DNA from: an uncultured Enterovirga sp.
GTDB taxonomy: Bacteria; Pseudomonadota; Alphaproteobacteria; Rhizobiales; Beijerinckiaceae
Assembly: GCA_964244795.1 (NCBI GenBank)
Contig: CAXTKM010000001.1
Coordinates: forward strand, 318-64,317
Length of the DNA stretch: 64,000 nt
Direction: 5' to 3'
Shown here: piece after piece, positions 8,364-17,262 of the stretch
Layout of the letters: the number at the start of each line of letters is the position of its first letter
How positions within the stretch are numbered: the stretch's first letter is position 1
Notes under the pieces: model-generated
Seen by the model: only the letters and a program-made list of their open reading frames with translations
Databases searched by the model: none
Told to the model about the DNA's origin: nothing
Translations under genes and position numbers: made by a program

Positions 8364-9751
8364 GCGCCCCGCCCGTGCTCGGCCTCGCCGAGGCCTCGCG
8401 CGCGCTCGCCTCCGGACGGGTTTCCTCGCGCGAGCTCGTCGAGACGTCGCTGGCTCGGATCGGCGCGCTCGAGCCAGAGCTTCACGCCTTCATCGATGTG
8501 ACCGCCGATCGCGCACTGGATGCCGCGGGCGCGGCGGACAGCGCGCGTGCCGCCGGCCGGGCGAGGAGCGTCCTCGACGGCATCCCGTATGCCCTGAAGG
8601 ACATCTACGACGCGCGGGGTCTTCGGACGACCTGCCACTCACGCGTCATGAAGCCCACGCTCGCGGAGCGCGACTCGGACGCGGCCGAGCGCCTGGATGC
8701 AGCCGGCATGGCTCTCCTGGGCAAGCTCTCGACGCATGAATTCGCCATCGGCACCCCTGGCCCCGATGCGGCTTTCCCGAACGCACGAAACCCCTGGAAT
8801 CCCGGGCACTTCGCCGGTGGCTCATCCTCCGGCTCGGCCGTCGCGGTCGCGTCGGGGATGGTGCCGCTCGCGATGGGGAGCGACACCGGCGGATCCATCC
8901 GCCTGCCGGCTGCCTATTGCGGCATCGTCGGGCTGAAGCCGACCTATGGGCGCCTGAGCCGGTTCGGCATCTTCCCGCTCGCCTTCAGCATGGATCACGC
9001 CGGACCGCTGACGCGAACGGTCGAGGACTGCGCGCTCGCCCTGCAGGTGCTGGCCGGACACGATCCCCGTGACCCCGCCTCGGCCGATGTCGCCGTTCCG
9101 GACTACCTCGCCGAACTCCGCACGGGTGTCGCCGGGCTTCGCATCGGCTACGCGCGCGCCTTCCACGCCGAAGCCGGGGTCGGACCCGACCAGGAGGCGG
9201 CCCTCGACGCGGCGGCCGGGGTGTTCAGCGGACTCGGCGCCGAGGTCGAGGAGGTCGCGCTGCCATCGCGGGCCCGCTTCGACGCGGCCGGGTGGACGAT
9301 TCTCCATGCCGAGGCCTTGGCGATCCACCAGCGCGACCTTCAAGCCCGGCCGGGCGACTACGCCCGTCCGACCCGTGAGCGCTTGATGCTCGGAGCCTTC
9401 GTCAGCGGGGTGGATTACGTCCGCGCGTCCCGGCTCCGGCGCATCGTCACTGAGGAGGTGAACGCGCTCGTCCGGCGCTACGACGCCCTGATCGTGTCTC
9501 CGACCGCCGGGGCGGCGCCTGCCCTGTCGCTGGTCGAAGACACGCCGCTCCGGCGCGACAGGCCGCTGACCGTCCTCTTCAACGTGACGGGCCATCCGGC
9601 CATCTGCCTCCCCGGCGGTTTCGGTCCTGGCGGCCTTCCACTGTCCATCCAGCTTGCCGGCAGCCATTTCGGCGAGGCGAAGCTGATGCGGATCGCGCAT
9701 GCCTACGAGGAGGCGACCGCCTGGACGGAGCGTCGTCCCGCTCTCGGCTGA
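8360..9751 (+). CDS. amidase-signature family amidase (AtzE/GatA-like)
   Basis: ALKD, GGSSSGS and GSDTGGSIR give the Lys-cisSer-Ser triad. Confidence 0.93.
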   Translation: MSAPPVLGLAEASRALASGRVSSRELVETSLARIGALEPELHAFIDVTADRALDAAGAADSARAAGRARSVLDGIPYALKDIYDARGLRTTCHSRVMKPTLAERDSDAAERLDAAGMALLGKLSTHEFAIGTPGPDAAFPNARNPWNPGHFAGGSSSGSAVAVASGMVPLAMGSDTGGSIRLPAAYCGIVGLKPTYGRLSRFGIFPLAFSMDHAGPLTRTVEDCALALQVLAGHDPRDPASADVAVPDYLAELRTGVAGLRIGYARAFHAEAGVGPDQEAALDAAAGVFSGLGAEVEEVALPSRARFDAAGWTILHAEALAIHQRDLQARPGDYARPTRERLMLGAFVSGVDYVRASRLRRIVTEEVNALVRRYDALIVSPTAGAAPALSLVEDTPLRRDRPLTVLFNVTGHPAICLPGGFGPGGLPLSIQLAGSHFGEAKLMRIAHAYEEATAWTERRPALG

Positions 9752-9764
9752 GTTCCGCGCTAAG

Positions 9765-9874
9765 TGGATACATTACGGTCGATATGCGCAGCATTTGGGC
9801 TATTCGAGCCGCTGAGAGCTTGATACAAACTTGTGTCTAGAGATCGAGGCGGCCTTTGGGCTCGATTGTATCCA
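9765..9874. promoter_or_regulatory. cluster of putative GntR operator sites
   Basis: TGGATACA 9765-72, TTGATACA 9820-27 and TGTATCCA 9867-74 in an AT-richer region at the start of gntR. Confidence 0.45.
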
Positions 9875-10647
9875 GTCGTTTGGACGTCCGGGAACCCGAC
9901 GAGCGTGACCTCGTCACGGAGGCCACGACCGTCCTCCGGGGCTGGATCCTCGACGATACGCTGCCGATGGGCGCTCGGCTGAACGTCGTGCAACTGGCGG
10001 CACGGCTGAACCTCTCCCGCACGCCGGTCCGAGAAGCGCTTTCACGGCTGACCGCGGAGGGTCTTGCGACCTTCTTCCCGAACCGAGGGCACTCGGTCGT
10101 GGTCTACACCGTCGAGCGCGTCGCCGAGATCTACGTCTGCCGGGCCGTGATCGAGAGCGAGGCGGCGCGTCTTGCGGCACGAGCCGGACTGCCTCGGCGC
10201 GACGAGCGCGAGATGGCAGCGATCATCGAGCGGATCGATGCCATTCTCGATCGGGGAGACGAGGAGGCCGGTCTGAACGAGATCGCCCGTCTCAACAATC
10301 GCTTCCACGAGATCGTCTACGCGAATTGCGGCAACGCCGAGCTTCAGAAGCTCATCGCCCAGGTCACGACGATCCCGCGCTCGATCAGAAACTACTTCCT
10401 GTTCTCGCGGGAACAGCGCCTCGAAAGCAACCGGGCCCATCGCAGCCTGCTGCGAGCCGTGCTGGAGGGGGACGGCGAGCGTGCCTGGAGCGTCATGCGC
10501 GAGCACATCTGGGCTGCGCGCGACCGCATGCTCCCGGCGTCCACGGTCGACATCGCCCCTCTGAAGCCGCGCGCCTCGCGGGCCGCAAGCCGGTCGAATG
10601 TCGCCAGCATCACCCGTTTGCAGCAGAAGAGGGGTTCGGGACCATGA
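9856..10647 (+). CDS. GntR (FadR/FCD) family transcriptional regulator; true start may be TTG 9880
   Basis: wHTH LAARLNLSRTPVREAL; FCD motifs NNRFH and AHRSLLRA..GD..A..MREH. Confidence 0.92.
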   Translation: MGSIVSSRLDVREPDERDLVTEATTVLRGWILDDTLPMGARLNVVQLAARLNLSRTPVREALSRLTAEGLATFFPNRGHSVVVYTVERVAEIYVCRAVIESEAARLAARAGLPRRDEREMAAIIERIDAILDRGDEEAGLNEIARLNNRFHEIVYANCGNAELQKLIAQVTTIPRSIRNYFLFSREQRLESNRAHRSLLRAVLEGDGERAWSVMREHIWAARDRMLPASTVDIAPLKPRASRAASRSNVASITRLQQKRGSGP

Positions 10648-11696
10648 CGACGTTCGGACAAACGCGCCGTGCCGCGTTGAAAGGCGCGGCCGCGCTGACC
10701 TTGGCGGCTCCGTGGGTGACGACCCAGGCCCGCGCGGCGGGACAGCTCACCGTGATCCTCAACCAGGGCCTCCTCGCGAAGCTCTGGATGGACGAGCTTC
10801 ACCCGGTCTTCGAGAAGGCCACCGGCGCCAAGATCGCCGTGCAGCAATCCGTGACCGGCGCGATGCTCGGCATGCTGAAGACGCAGAAGGACAATCCACC
10901 CGACCTGATGCAGTTCTCCGAAGCGGGCGTTCATTTCGCGCGGGCCGAGGGCCTCTTGCGGGCCCACGACCCGAGCAAGATCCCGAACTTCGCCAACCTG
11001 CGACCCAGCTTCAACATGGCGGACAACTTCTCCGCCGGCTGCATCGATGCGTTGAACACGATCCACTTCAACACGCAGGCCGTGAAGTCGGCGCCGCAAG
11101 AATGGGCCGTCCTCTGGGACAAGGCGAACAAGGGCAAGATCGCGATCCCGACGATCGCCTGGAACAGCGGCGTCCGCATGGTGACGACGGCGGCGCAGCT
11201 CGCCACCGGCAAGCCTTTCAAGGAAGCGCAATACGAGCTCGATGCCGGTCTCGCCCATCTCGCCAAGCTCAAGGAGAACGGCGCCGTCGTGATCACCAGC
11301 GCGCCGCAGGCCATCCAGATGCTGCAGAGCGGTCAGGTGCCGCTGGTTCCCATCTATGGCTCGTGGCTCAACCAGCTCATCGACGGAGGCGCGCCGATCG
11401 CGCCCGCCGCGACGCTCAAGGAGGGCAAGCACGGCGAGATCGTCGGGCTGAACATGCCGGTCAACGTCAGGAATCTCGAGCTGGCGCAGCTCTATGTCGA
11501 CCTGTCGCTGTCGAAGGAGTTCCAGTCGAAGATCGACAGCGTCCTGAAGGCGCGTTGCGGCCACAAGGACGTCGAGCCGTCTCCCGCGACCGTGAAGGTG
11601 ATCGGCGAGGGCGACAACACGCTCTATGCGGATTGGGGCTACCTGTCGCGACAGCGCGCGAAGCTCTCCGACAAGTGGAACGAGATCTTTGGCTGA
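10644..11696 (+). CDS. ABC transporter substrate-binding protein (PotD/AfuA-like), Tat-exported
   Basis: TRRAALKG Tat signal; SKIPN, WAVLWD..KGKI and WNEIFG ending. Confidence 0.88.
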   Translation: MTTFGQTRRAALKGAAALTLAAPWVTTQARAAGQLTVILNQGLLAKLWMDELHPVFEKATGAKIAVQQSVTGAMLGMLKTQKDNPPDLMQFSEAGVHFARAEGLLRAHDPSKIPNFANLRPSFNMADNFSAGCIDALNTIHFNTQAVKSAPQEWAVLWDKANKGKIAIPTIAWNSGVRMVTTAAQLATGKPFKEAQYELDAGLAHLAKLKENGAVVITSAPQAIQMLQSGQVPLVPIYGSWLNQLIDGGAPIAPAATLKEGKHGEIVGLNMPVNVRNLELAQLYVDLSLSKEFQSKIDSVLKARCGHKDVEPSPATVKVIGEGDNTLYADWGYLSRQRAKLSDKWNEIFG

Positions 11697-12588
11697 GGCA
11701 CGGAGCCTCGCGATTCCGCTCGGACAGGCTCCGGGCGGAAGACAGCGCCGGCGGTGGCAGGCCGATATCGGCCTGCTGGCGCTGCCGGCGATCGCCTTCA
11801 TGCTGGTCTTCTATCTCTACCCGCTCGTCGGCCTGATCGGCTCGAGCGTCCAGCCCACGGAGGGCGGCGCCGGACTTTCGCTCGACCAATATGCCTCCGC
11901 GCTGAACAGCCGGCGCATCCAGGCCACGCTGCAGCGGACGGTGCGGCTCTCCGTCATCGCCACGCTTCTCACGCTGCTGATCTCCTACCCGATCGCGCTG
12001 TTCCTCGTCGGCGCGAGCCACCGCGTCAGGACCGCGATCCTCATCTTCACGTTCGTGTCGCTGGCCGCGAGCCTGCTCGTGCGCAATTTCGGCTGGCTCG
12101 TCGTGCTGGCCGATGCCGGCCCCGTGAACCGGCTGATGATGGCGATCGGGATCACGAGCGCCCCGGTCAGGCTCGTGTACAGCGAGGGAGCCATCCTGGT
12201 CGCGCTCGTGCATTACGGACTGCCCTTCATGATCCTGCCGATCTACGGCTCGCTGACGCGCCTCTCGCCCTCCGGTTGGGAGGCGGCGCAGGCGCTCGGC
12301 GCATCGCCCTGGACGACGCTCCGCACGGTGGTGCTGCCGCAGACGCTGCCCGGCATCTCGGGCGGCGTGACGCTCACCTTCGCGATCTGCGCGAGTTCCT
12401 ACGTCACACCGCTCATGCTCGGCTCGTCGTCGACAGCCTTCGCGTCGCAGATCGCCGCCGACGAGCTTCTCGTGCAGCTCAACTTCCCCCGCGCCTCGGT
12501 GATCATCGTCCTGCTGACGGCCCTGACGTTCCTGGTGCTCGGGATCTACGGGCTTGCCGTACGCAGGGTCGGGCGGTCCCATGTTTGA
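11689..12588 (+). CDS. ABC transporter permease (PotB-like)
   Basis: Multiple TM helices; LPFMILPIY; EAAQALGA EAA loop; TTG start inferred. Confidence 0.88.
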   Translation: MAEARSLAIPLGQAPGGRQRRRWQADIGLLALPAIAFMLVFYLYPLVGLIGSSVQPTEGGAGLSLDQYASALNSRRIQATLQRTVRLSVIATLLTLLISYPIALFLVGASHRVRTAILIFTFVSLAASLLVRNFGWLVVLADAGPVNRLMMAIGITSAPVRLVYSEGAILVALVHYGLPFMILPIYGSLTRLSPSGWEAAQALGASPWTTLRTVVLPQTLPGISGGVTLTFAICASSYVTPLMLGSSSTAFASQIAADELLVQLNFPRASVIIVLLTALTFLVLGIYGLAVRRVGRSHV

Positions 12589-13381
12589 CGATCCCGCCTA
12601 CCGGGTCGTCGTCGGCTCGCTGGCGTGGCTCGGCCTCGCTTTCCTGGCGTTCCCGGTCCTCGTCACGGTCGTCGCCTCGTTCGAGGCGTCGAACTTCATC
12701 GCGTTTCCGCCGACCGCCCTGTCGCTGCGCTGGTACGGGCAGATCGCCTCGATCACGCGGATCGGCGAGGCGACGCTGATCAGCTTCCAGGTCGCGCTCC
12801 TGTCGGCGAGCCTCGCAACGCTTCTCGCGCTCGGCGCCGCCCTCGCGTTGGTGCGCGGGCGGGTGCCGCTCTCCGGCTCGCTCACGGCGCTCATGGCCTC
12901 CCCGATCTCGCTCCCGATGATCGCGATCGGCATGGCGCTGGTCCAGTTCTTCATCCAGATCGGCGTCGCGTTCTCCTGGTGGAGCCTCGTGATCGGCCAC
13001 GTCGTGCTGGTCGTGGCCTATCCCCTGCGGACGCTCGTCTCGGCGCTGCTCCTCGCGGAGCCGTCCCAGGAACAGGCGGCGCGCTCCCTCGGAGCCTCGC
13101 CTATCACCGTCTTCCGCACGGTGACGGTCGCCCAGATCGCGCCCGGCCTGCTGTCGGGCTTCCTGTTCGCGTTCCTGATCTCGTTCGACAACTATCCGAT
13201 CAGCCTCTTCCTGGTCCGCGGGACGGTGACCACGATGCCGATCGAGCTGTTCAACCACATCAACCAGAACCTCGACCCGACGCCAGCCGCGTTCTCGACG
13301 ATCTACGTCCTGGTGCTGACCGTCGTGATCGCGCTCGCCGAGAAGCGGTTCCGCATCATGTCCATTGCCATTCCGCGCTGA
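12581..13381 (+). CDS. ABC transporter permease (PotC-like)
   Basis: SLRWY, EQAARSLGA and FLISFD motifs. Confidence 0.9.
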   Translation: MFDDPAYRVVVGSLAWLGLAFLAFPVLVTVVASFEASNFIAFPPTALSLRWYGQIASITRIGEATLISFQVALLSASLATLLALGAALALVRGRVPLSGSLTALMASPISLPMIAIGMALVQFFIQIGVAFSWWSLVIGHVVLVVAYPLRTLVSALLLAEPSQEQAARSLGASPITVFRTVTVAQIAPGLLSGFLFAFLISFDNYPISLFLVRGTVTTMPIELFNHINQNLDPTPAAFSTIYVLVLTVVIALAEKRFRIMSIAIPR

Positions 13382-13388
13382 GGTCTCC

Positions 13389-14489
13389 ATGGCTCGCCTG
13401 CAGATCGAAGAGCTGAAGGTCTCCTACGGGCCCGTCGTCGTGCTTCCGGGCCTGAGCCTGGCCGTGGAGCAGGGCGAATGCATCGCGCTGCTCGGCCCGT
13501 CCGGCTGCGGCAAGACCACGACGCTGCGCGCTGTCGCCGGCTTCGTGCGGCCGAGTTCCGGGCGGATCCGGATCGGCGAGCGCGACATGGACGAGTGCCC
13601 GACGCACAAGCGCAATGTCGGGCTGGTCTTTCAGGATTACGCGCTGTTCCCGCACATGACGGTCGCCGAGAACGTCGCCTACGGGCTCGTCCGCCGGCGC
13701 GTGTCGAAGCCGGAGATCGCCCGCAAGGTCGCCGACGCTCTGGCCATGGTCAGGATGTCCGGCTTCGCCGAGCGATACCCGACCACCCTGTCGGGCGGGC
13801 AGCGCCAGCGCGTGGCGCTGGCCAGGGCGATCGTGATCCAGCCCGACGTCCTGCTGCTCGACGAGCCCCTCGGCGCGCTCGACCGCAAGCTCCGCGACGA
13901 GATGCAATACGAGATCAAGACTCTGCAGCAGCGCCTGGGGCTGACCTGCATCATCGTCACGCACGATCAGGAGGAGGCGCTCTCCCTCGCGTCGCGCGTC
14001 GCGCTCATGTTCGACGGAAACATCGCCGAGATCGGACCGCCGGCCGACCTCTATCATCGGCCACGGAGCGCGCGGGCGATGGACTTCCTCGGCGCGAGCA
14101 CGATGTTCGACGCGCAGCCGATCGCGGCGGCCGGCGGCCTGATGCGGTTCTCGATCGCGGGTGGCCGGACGGTGTCGGCGCCGGCGATCGATGGTCGCGA
14201 GCACGAAACCGTCAGGCTCGGCATCCGGCCGGAGAACATCGTCGTCACGACGGTCGAGGGCAGCGCGCCCAATCGGCTTCCGGGACGGGTGAAGCAGATC
14301 GTCTTCAAGGGCCCCAGTGCCGACGTCTATGTCGACCATGCCGGGCTCTCGATCCGGGCGCAGGTTTCGACGGGCGCCATCGCAGACGATCCCGACGTGC
14401 GGCCGGGGGCGCTCGTCTGGGCGCAGTTCGACCCGTCCGACGTGCGCGTGTTCTCGGGCAAGCCCGCCCGACCTTCGCAGGAGACGTGA
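13389..14489 (+). CDS. ABC transporter ATP-binding protein (PotA-like, TOBE domain)
   Basis: GPSGCGKTT, FQDYALFPHM, LSGGQRQR, LLLDEP, GIRPE. Confidence 0.95.
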   Translation: MARLQIEELKVSYGPVVVLPGLSLAVEQGECIALLGPSGCGKTTTLRAVAGFVRPSSGRIRIGERDMDECPTHKRNVGLVFQDYALFPHMTVAENVAYGLVRRRVSKPEIARKVADALAMVRMSGFAERYPTTLSGGQRQRVALARAIVIQPDVLLLDEPLGALDRKLRDEMQYEIKTLQQRLGLTCIIVTHDQEEALSLASRVALMFDGNIAEIGPPADLYHRPRSARAMDFLGASTMFDAQPIAAAGGLMRFSIAGGRTVSAPAIDGREHETVRLGIRPENIVVTTVEGSAPNRLPGRVKQIVFKGPSADVYVDHAGLSIRAQVSTGAIADDPDVRPGALVWAQFDPSDVRVFSGKPARPSQET

Positions 14490-14812
14490 TGATCACCATT
14501 CCGGATCGGCGCGTGAACGACGTCGGCGGCCTGCCGGGCCAGGCGATCCACCGGGACGAGCATGGCGTCACGCTGTTCGAGAAGCGTGTCGACGCCATGT
14601 TGATGCTTCTCGTCGGCCCCGGCATCGCGGCCTTCACGGTGGACGCCCTCCGGCGCTCGGTCGAGGCGAACACGCCCGGCGACTACACCTCGCTCGGCTA
14701 CTACGTGAAATGGCTGAACGCGATCCGCGAGCTTCTCGTCGAGCAGGGCGTGATCGACCGCGAGGAACTGGATCGCCGCATCTCCGCCCTCGCGGAAGGC
14801 GAGGGCTGCTGA
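14489..14812 (+). CDS. nitrile hydratase beta N-terminal half / thiocyanate hydrolase beta (ScnB)-like subunit
   Basis: NDVGGL, FEKRVDA, DALRRSVE, Y..LGYYVKW...LVEQG.I..EEL. Confidence 0.85.
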   Translation: MITIPDRRVNDVGGLPGQAIHRDEHGVTLFEKRVDAMLMLLVGPGIAAFTVDALRRSVEANTPGDYTSLGYYVKWLNAIRELLVEQGVIDREELDRRISALAEGEGC

Positions 14813-15111
14813 TGGCGGCCGCGATCGTCACCGGCACCGACATCGTCGTCCTGGCAGGGCCGCCGGAGGCCCATTGCCGGACGCCTTGCTACCTTCGGGG
14901 CAAGCCCGGAACCGTCGTCGGAGATTTCGGCCGCTTCCGGGATCCCACCTCGCTCGCCTACCACAGGCCGGGCCTGCCGAAACGACGCCTCCTCCGGGTG
15001 GCGTTCAGGCAGCGCGATCTCTGGCCCGACTATTCCGGGCCGGATTCCGACCTGCTCTTCGCCGACCTGTACGAGAGCTGGCTCGCCCCAGCCGGAACGA
15101 CGGATCGCTGA
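14812..15111 (+). CDS. nitrile hydratase beta C-terminal SH3-like half / thiocyanate hydrolase alpha (ScnA)-like subunit
   Basis: HCRTPCYLRGKPG, RVAFRQRDLWPDY and ADLYESWL motifs. Confidence 0.85.
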   Translation: MAAAIVTGTDIVVLAGPPEAHCRTPCYLRGKPGTVVGDFGRFRDPTSLAYHRPGLPKRRLLRVAFRQRDLWPDYSGPDSDLLFADLYESWLAPAGTTDR

Positions 15112-15113
15112 CC

Positions 15114-15788
15114 ATGCACGACGATCACGATCACCCCCACCACGATCACGACGACCATGATCATCCGCATGCGCCCGCGGCCGACGACCCGTTGGCCCCG
15201 CGCGCGTCGCGGCTCCTCGAGCAGGCGCTTCGCGAGCTGCTGATCGAGAAGGGCGTCCTCTCCGTCGGGATGATCGAGGCGCAGATCGACCGGATGGACA
15301 GCCGCAACCCCGCGCTGGGCGCCAAGGTGATCGCCCGCGCCTGGACGGACCCGCGCTTCAGGTCAGAACTGATCCGGGAGCCGCTCGAGACGATCGAGCG
15401 CTTCACCGGCATCCCGATGATGGCGGCCGGCATGCCGGAGCTCCGGATCGTCGAGAACGAGCCGGACGTCCACAACATCGTCGTCTGCACCCTGTGCTCG
15501 TGCTACCCGCGCATGCTGCTCGGCATCCCGCCCGCCTGGTACAAGGCGCCCGACTACCGGTCGAGGGTGGTCCGCGAGCCGCGGGCGGTGCTGTCCGAGT
15601 TCGGCCTCGACCTGCCGTCCTCCTGTTCCGTGCGGGTGCACGACAGCACAGCGGACATGCGCTACCTGGTCGTGCCGGAGCGGCCGCCGGAGACGATGGG
15701 CTGGAGCGAGGACGCGCTCGCGGCCATCGTCACGCGCGACTGCATGATCGGTGCCGCCGTTCCCAAGGTATCGGCCGGAGCCGCCTGA
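15114..15788 (+). CDS. cobalt-type nitrile hydratase alpha / thiocyanate hydrolase gamma (ScnC)-like catalytic subunit
   Basis: VVCTLCSCYPR metal motif (Thr indicates Co type); ARAWTDP, WYK...YRSRVVREPR, VHDSTAD; His-rich N-terminus. Confidence 0.93.
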   Translation: MHDDHDHPHHDHDDHDHPHAPAADDPLAPRASRLLEQALRELLIEKGVLSVGMIEAQIDRMDSRNPALGAKVIARAWTDPRFRSELIREPLETIERFTGIPMMAAGMPELRIVENEPDVHNIVVCTLCSCYPRMLLGIPPAWYKAPDYRSRVVREPRAVLSEFGLDLPSSCSVRVHDSTADMRYLVVPERPPETMGWSEDALAAIVTRDCMIGAAVPKVSAGAA

Positions 15789-15800
15789 GCCGGCCCCCTG

Positions 15801-16577
15801 TCAGGCGGCCTGCCGCTCGTCGTCCCAGACCTTCTCGGGCATCGGCAAGCCTTCGAAGACCTCCCGCCCGATCGGGCCGTCGGGCGCGATGGCGAGGCGG
15901 TCCAGCACCCAGGCGAGCTGACGCGTATGCTGGCCCGCATGCCAGGTGGTCCGCTCGAGGAACTGGTGGAGCGTCTGATCGCCGTAATAGACCTCGGCGC
16001 GCCTCTGCCAATCCGCGTCCTGCCCCTCCACGGCGAACCATCGCGCCAGCCGCGCCTGCACGTCGCGCCCATAGGCCAGAACGGCGGCCTTCGAGCCCTG
16101 GCCGGGTTCCGGGACGCGGTTGTACGATTCCCAGGTGAGAGGGATCCCGTCTTCGTGCTCGAGCCAGGCGTCGCCGATGTTGAAGATGTGAAAGGTCAGC
16201 TCACCGTAGCTCCGCGGCCGGTTCGGCAGGAGCGTCTCGGCCTGCTCCTCCGAGAGCTGGGCGACGTACCGCTCGGCGGCCGCGAGGATCGCGCGAAGGC
16301 GCAGGGCGAGATCGGCGGCGGGGAGTAGACGCTGCTCCCCGAGCTGGATGCCGACGAGCTTCGCGACGTCGGCCAGGACCTGGCCGTTCGCCCAACCGGC
16401 CCCGCGCGTCACGATCGGCACCTGCCGCAAGCCGAAGCGTGACAGCTCCTCGAAGGCGGTCTCGTCCTCGAGGACGTTGCGCGAGGCGAAGGCGACGCCG
16501 TGCCGCGTCAGGAACTCCTTCGTGCGGAGGCAGCTCGTGCAGCCCGTCTGCCAGTAGACCCGGATGTCGTCCGTCAT
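15801..16577 (-). CDS. glutaredoxin/NrdH-like domain fused to a DinB-like domain
   Basis: VYWQTGCTSC and QVP in the N-terminal ~80 aa; ELTFHIF and TTWHAGQH in a helical C-terminal domain; GGAGG RBS. Confidence 0.8.
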   Translation of the reverse strand: MTDDIRVYWQTGCTSCLRTKEFLTRHGVAFASRNVLEDETAFEELSRFGLRQVPIVTRGAGWANGQVLADVAKLVGIQLGEQRLLPAADLALRLRAILAAAERYVAQLSEEQAETLLPNRPRSYGELTFHIFNIGDAWLEHEDGIPLTWESYNRVPEPGQGSKAAVLAYGRDVQARLARWFAVEGQDADWQRRAEVYYGDQTLHQFLERTTWHAGQHTRQLAWVLDRLAIAPDGPIGREVFEGLPMPEKVWDDERQAA

Positions 16578-16600
16578 GATGTTTCCTCCCGTGTCGTTCT

Positions 16601-17251
16601 TCAGGCCGCGCGCGCGGCCGATGGTCGGGCCTTCCGCACGAGGCCGATCACCTCGCTCTTCGGCAGCACGTCCCCGTACTTCGCGTTGATGTCGAAGAGG
16701 CTCGCGTCGTGCGGGCCGTCGTGACGATCGCCGACGCACTCGCGCGGCACGATCACCCGGAAGCCGTACTGGATCGAATCGATCGCGGCGGCCCGCACGC
16801 AGCCGCTGGTCGAGCAGCCGATGAGGATCGTCGTGTCGATGCCGAGGGTGAACAGCGTCGAGGCGAGCGACGTCCCGAAGAACGGGCTCGGGTAGTTCTT
16901 GGCGATGACGAGGTCGTCCGCCGCGGGCGGGATGGACGGATCGATCTCGGCCATCGGCTCGCCTGCCACGAGCTTGCGCAGGGCCGGCACCTTCTTGACG
17001 AACAGCCCGCCATCGACGCCGCTCGGGTGGTACAGCACCGTGGTGTAGATGATCGGCACGCCCGCCTCTCGGCATGCTGCCAGCAGCTCGAATGATTCGC
17101 GCACGGCGTCCACGACGCCTTCCGCGAAGAAGGCCTCGCCGGGCGTCGTATAGGCCCGGATGAAATCGATCACGATCACGGCCGGCGTCTCGCCGAACCC
17201 GACGCGCCCATCGAATACGCCCTTGTAGTTGTTCTCCCTGGACTCGGCCAT
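16601..17251 (-). CDS. isochorismatase-family cysteine amidohydrolase (N-carbamoylsarcosine amidase / maleamate amidohydrolase-like)
   Basis: VIDF (Asp), AKNYPSPFFGT (Lys), GCSTSGCVRA (Cys); AAAGGAG RBS. Confidence 0.9.
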   Translation of the reverse strand: MAESRENNYKGVFDGRVGFGETPAVIVIDFIRAYTTPGEAFFAEGVVDAVRESFELLAACREAGVPIIYTTVLYHPSGVDGGLFVKKVPALRKLVAGEPMAEIDPSIPPAADDLVIAKNYPSPFFGTSLASTLFTLGIDTTILIGCSTSGCVRAAAIDSIQYGFRVIVPRECVGDRHDGPHDASLFDINAKYGDVLPKSEVIGLVRKARPSAARAA

Positions 17252-17262
17252 GTCGGCTCCTT

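Noticed and set aside
8136-9751. gatC-gatA (tRNA amidotransferase)
   Set aside because: There is no gatB, and the context is catabolic; an AtzG/AtzE-like pair fits better.
15114-15170. CACGATCAC-type short repeats as a DNA array
   Set aside because: They are explained by His/Asp codons of the hydratase N-terminal tract.
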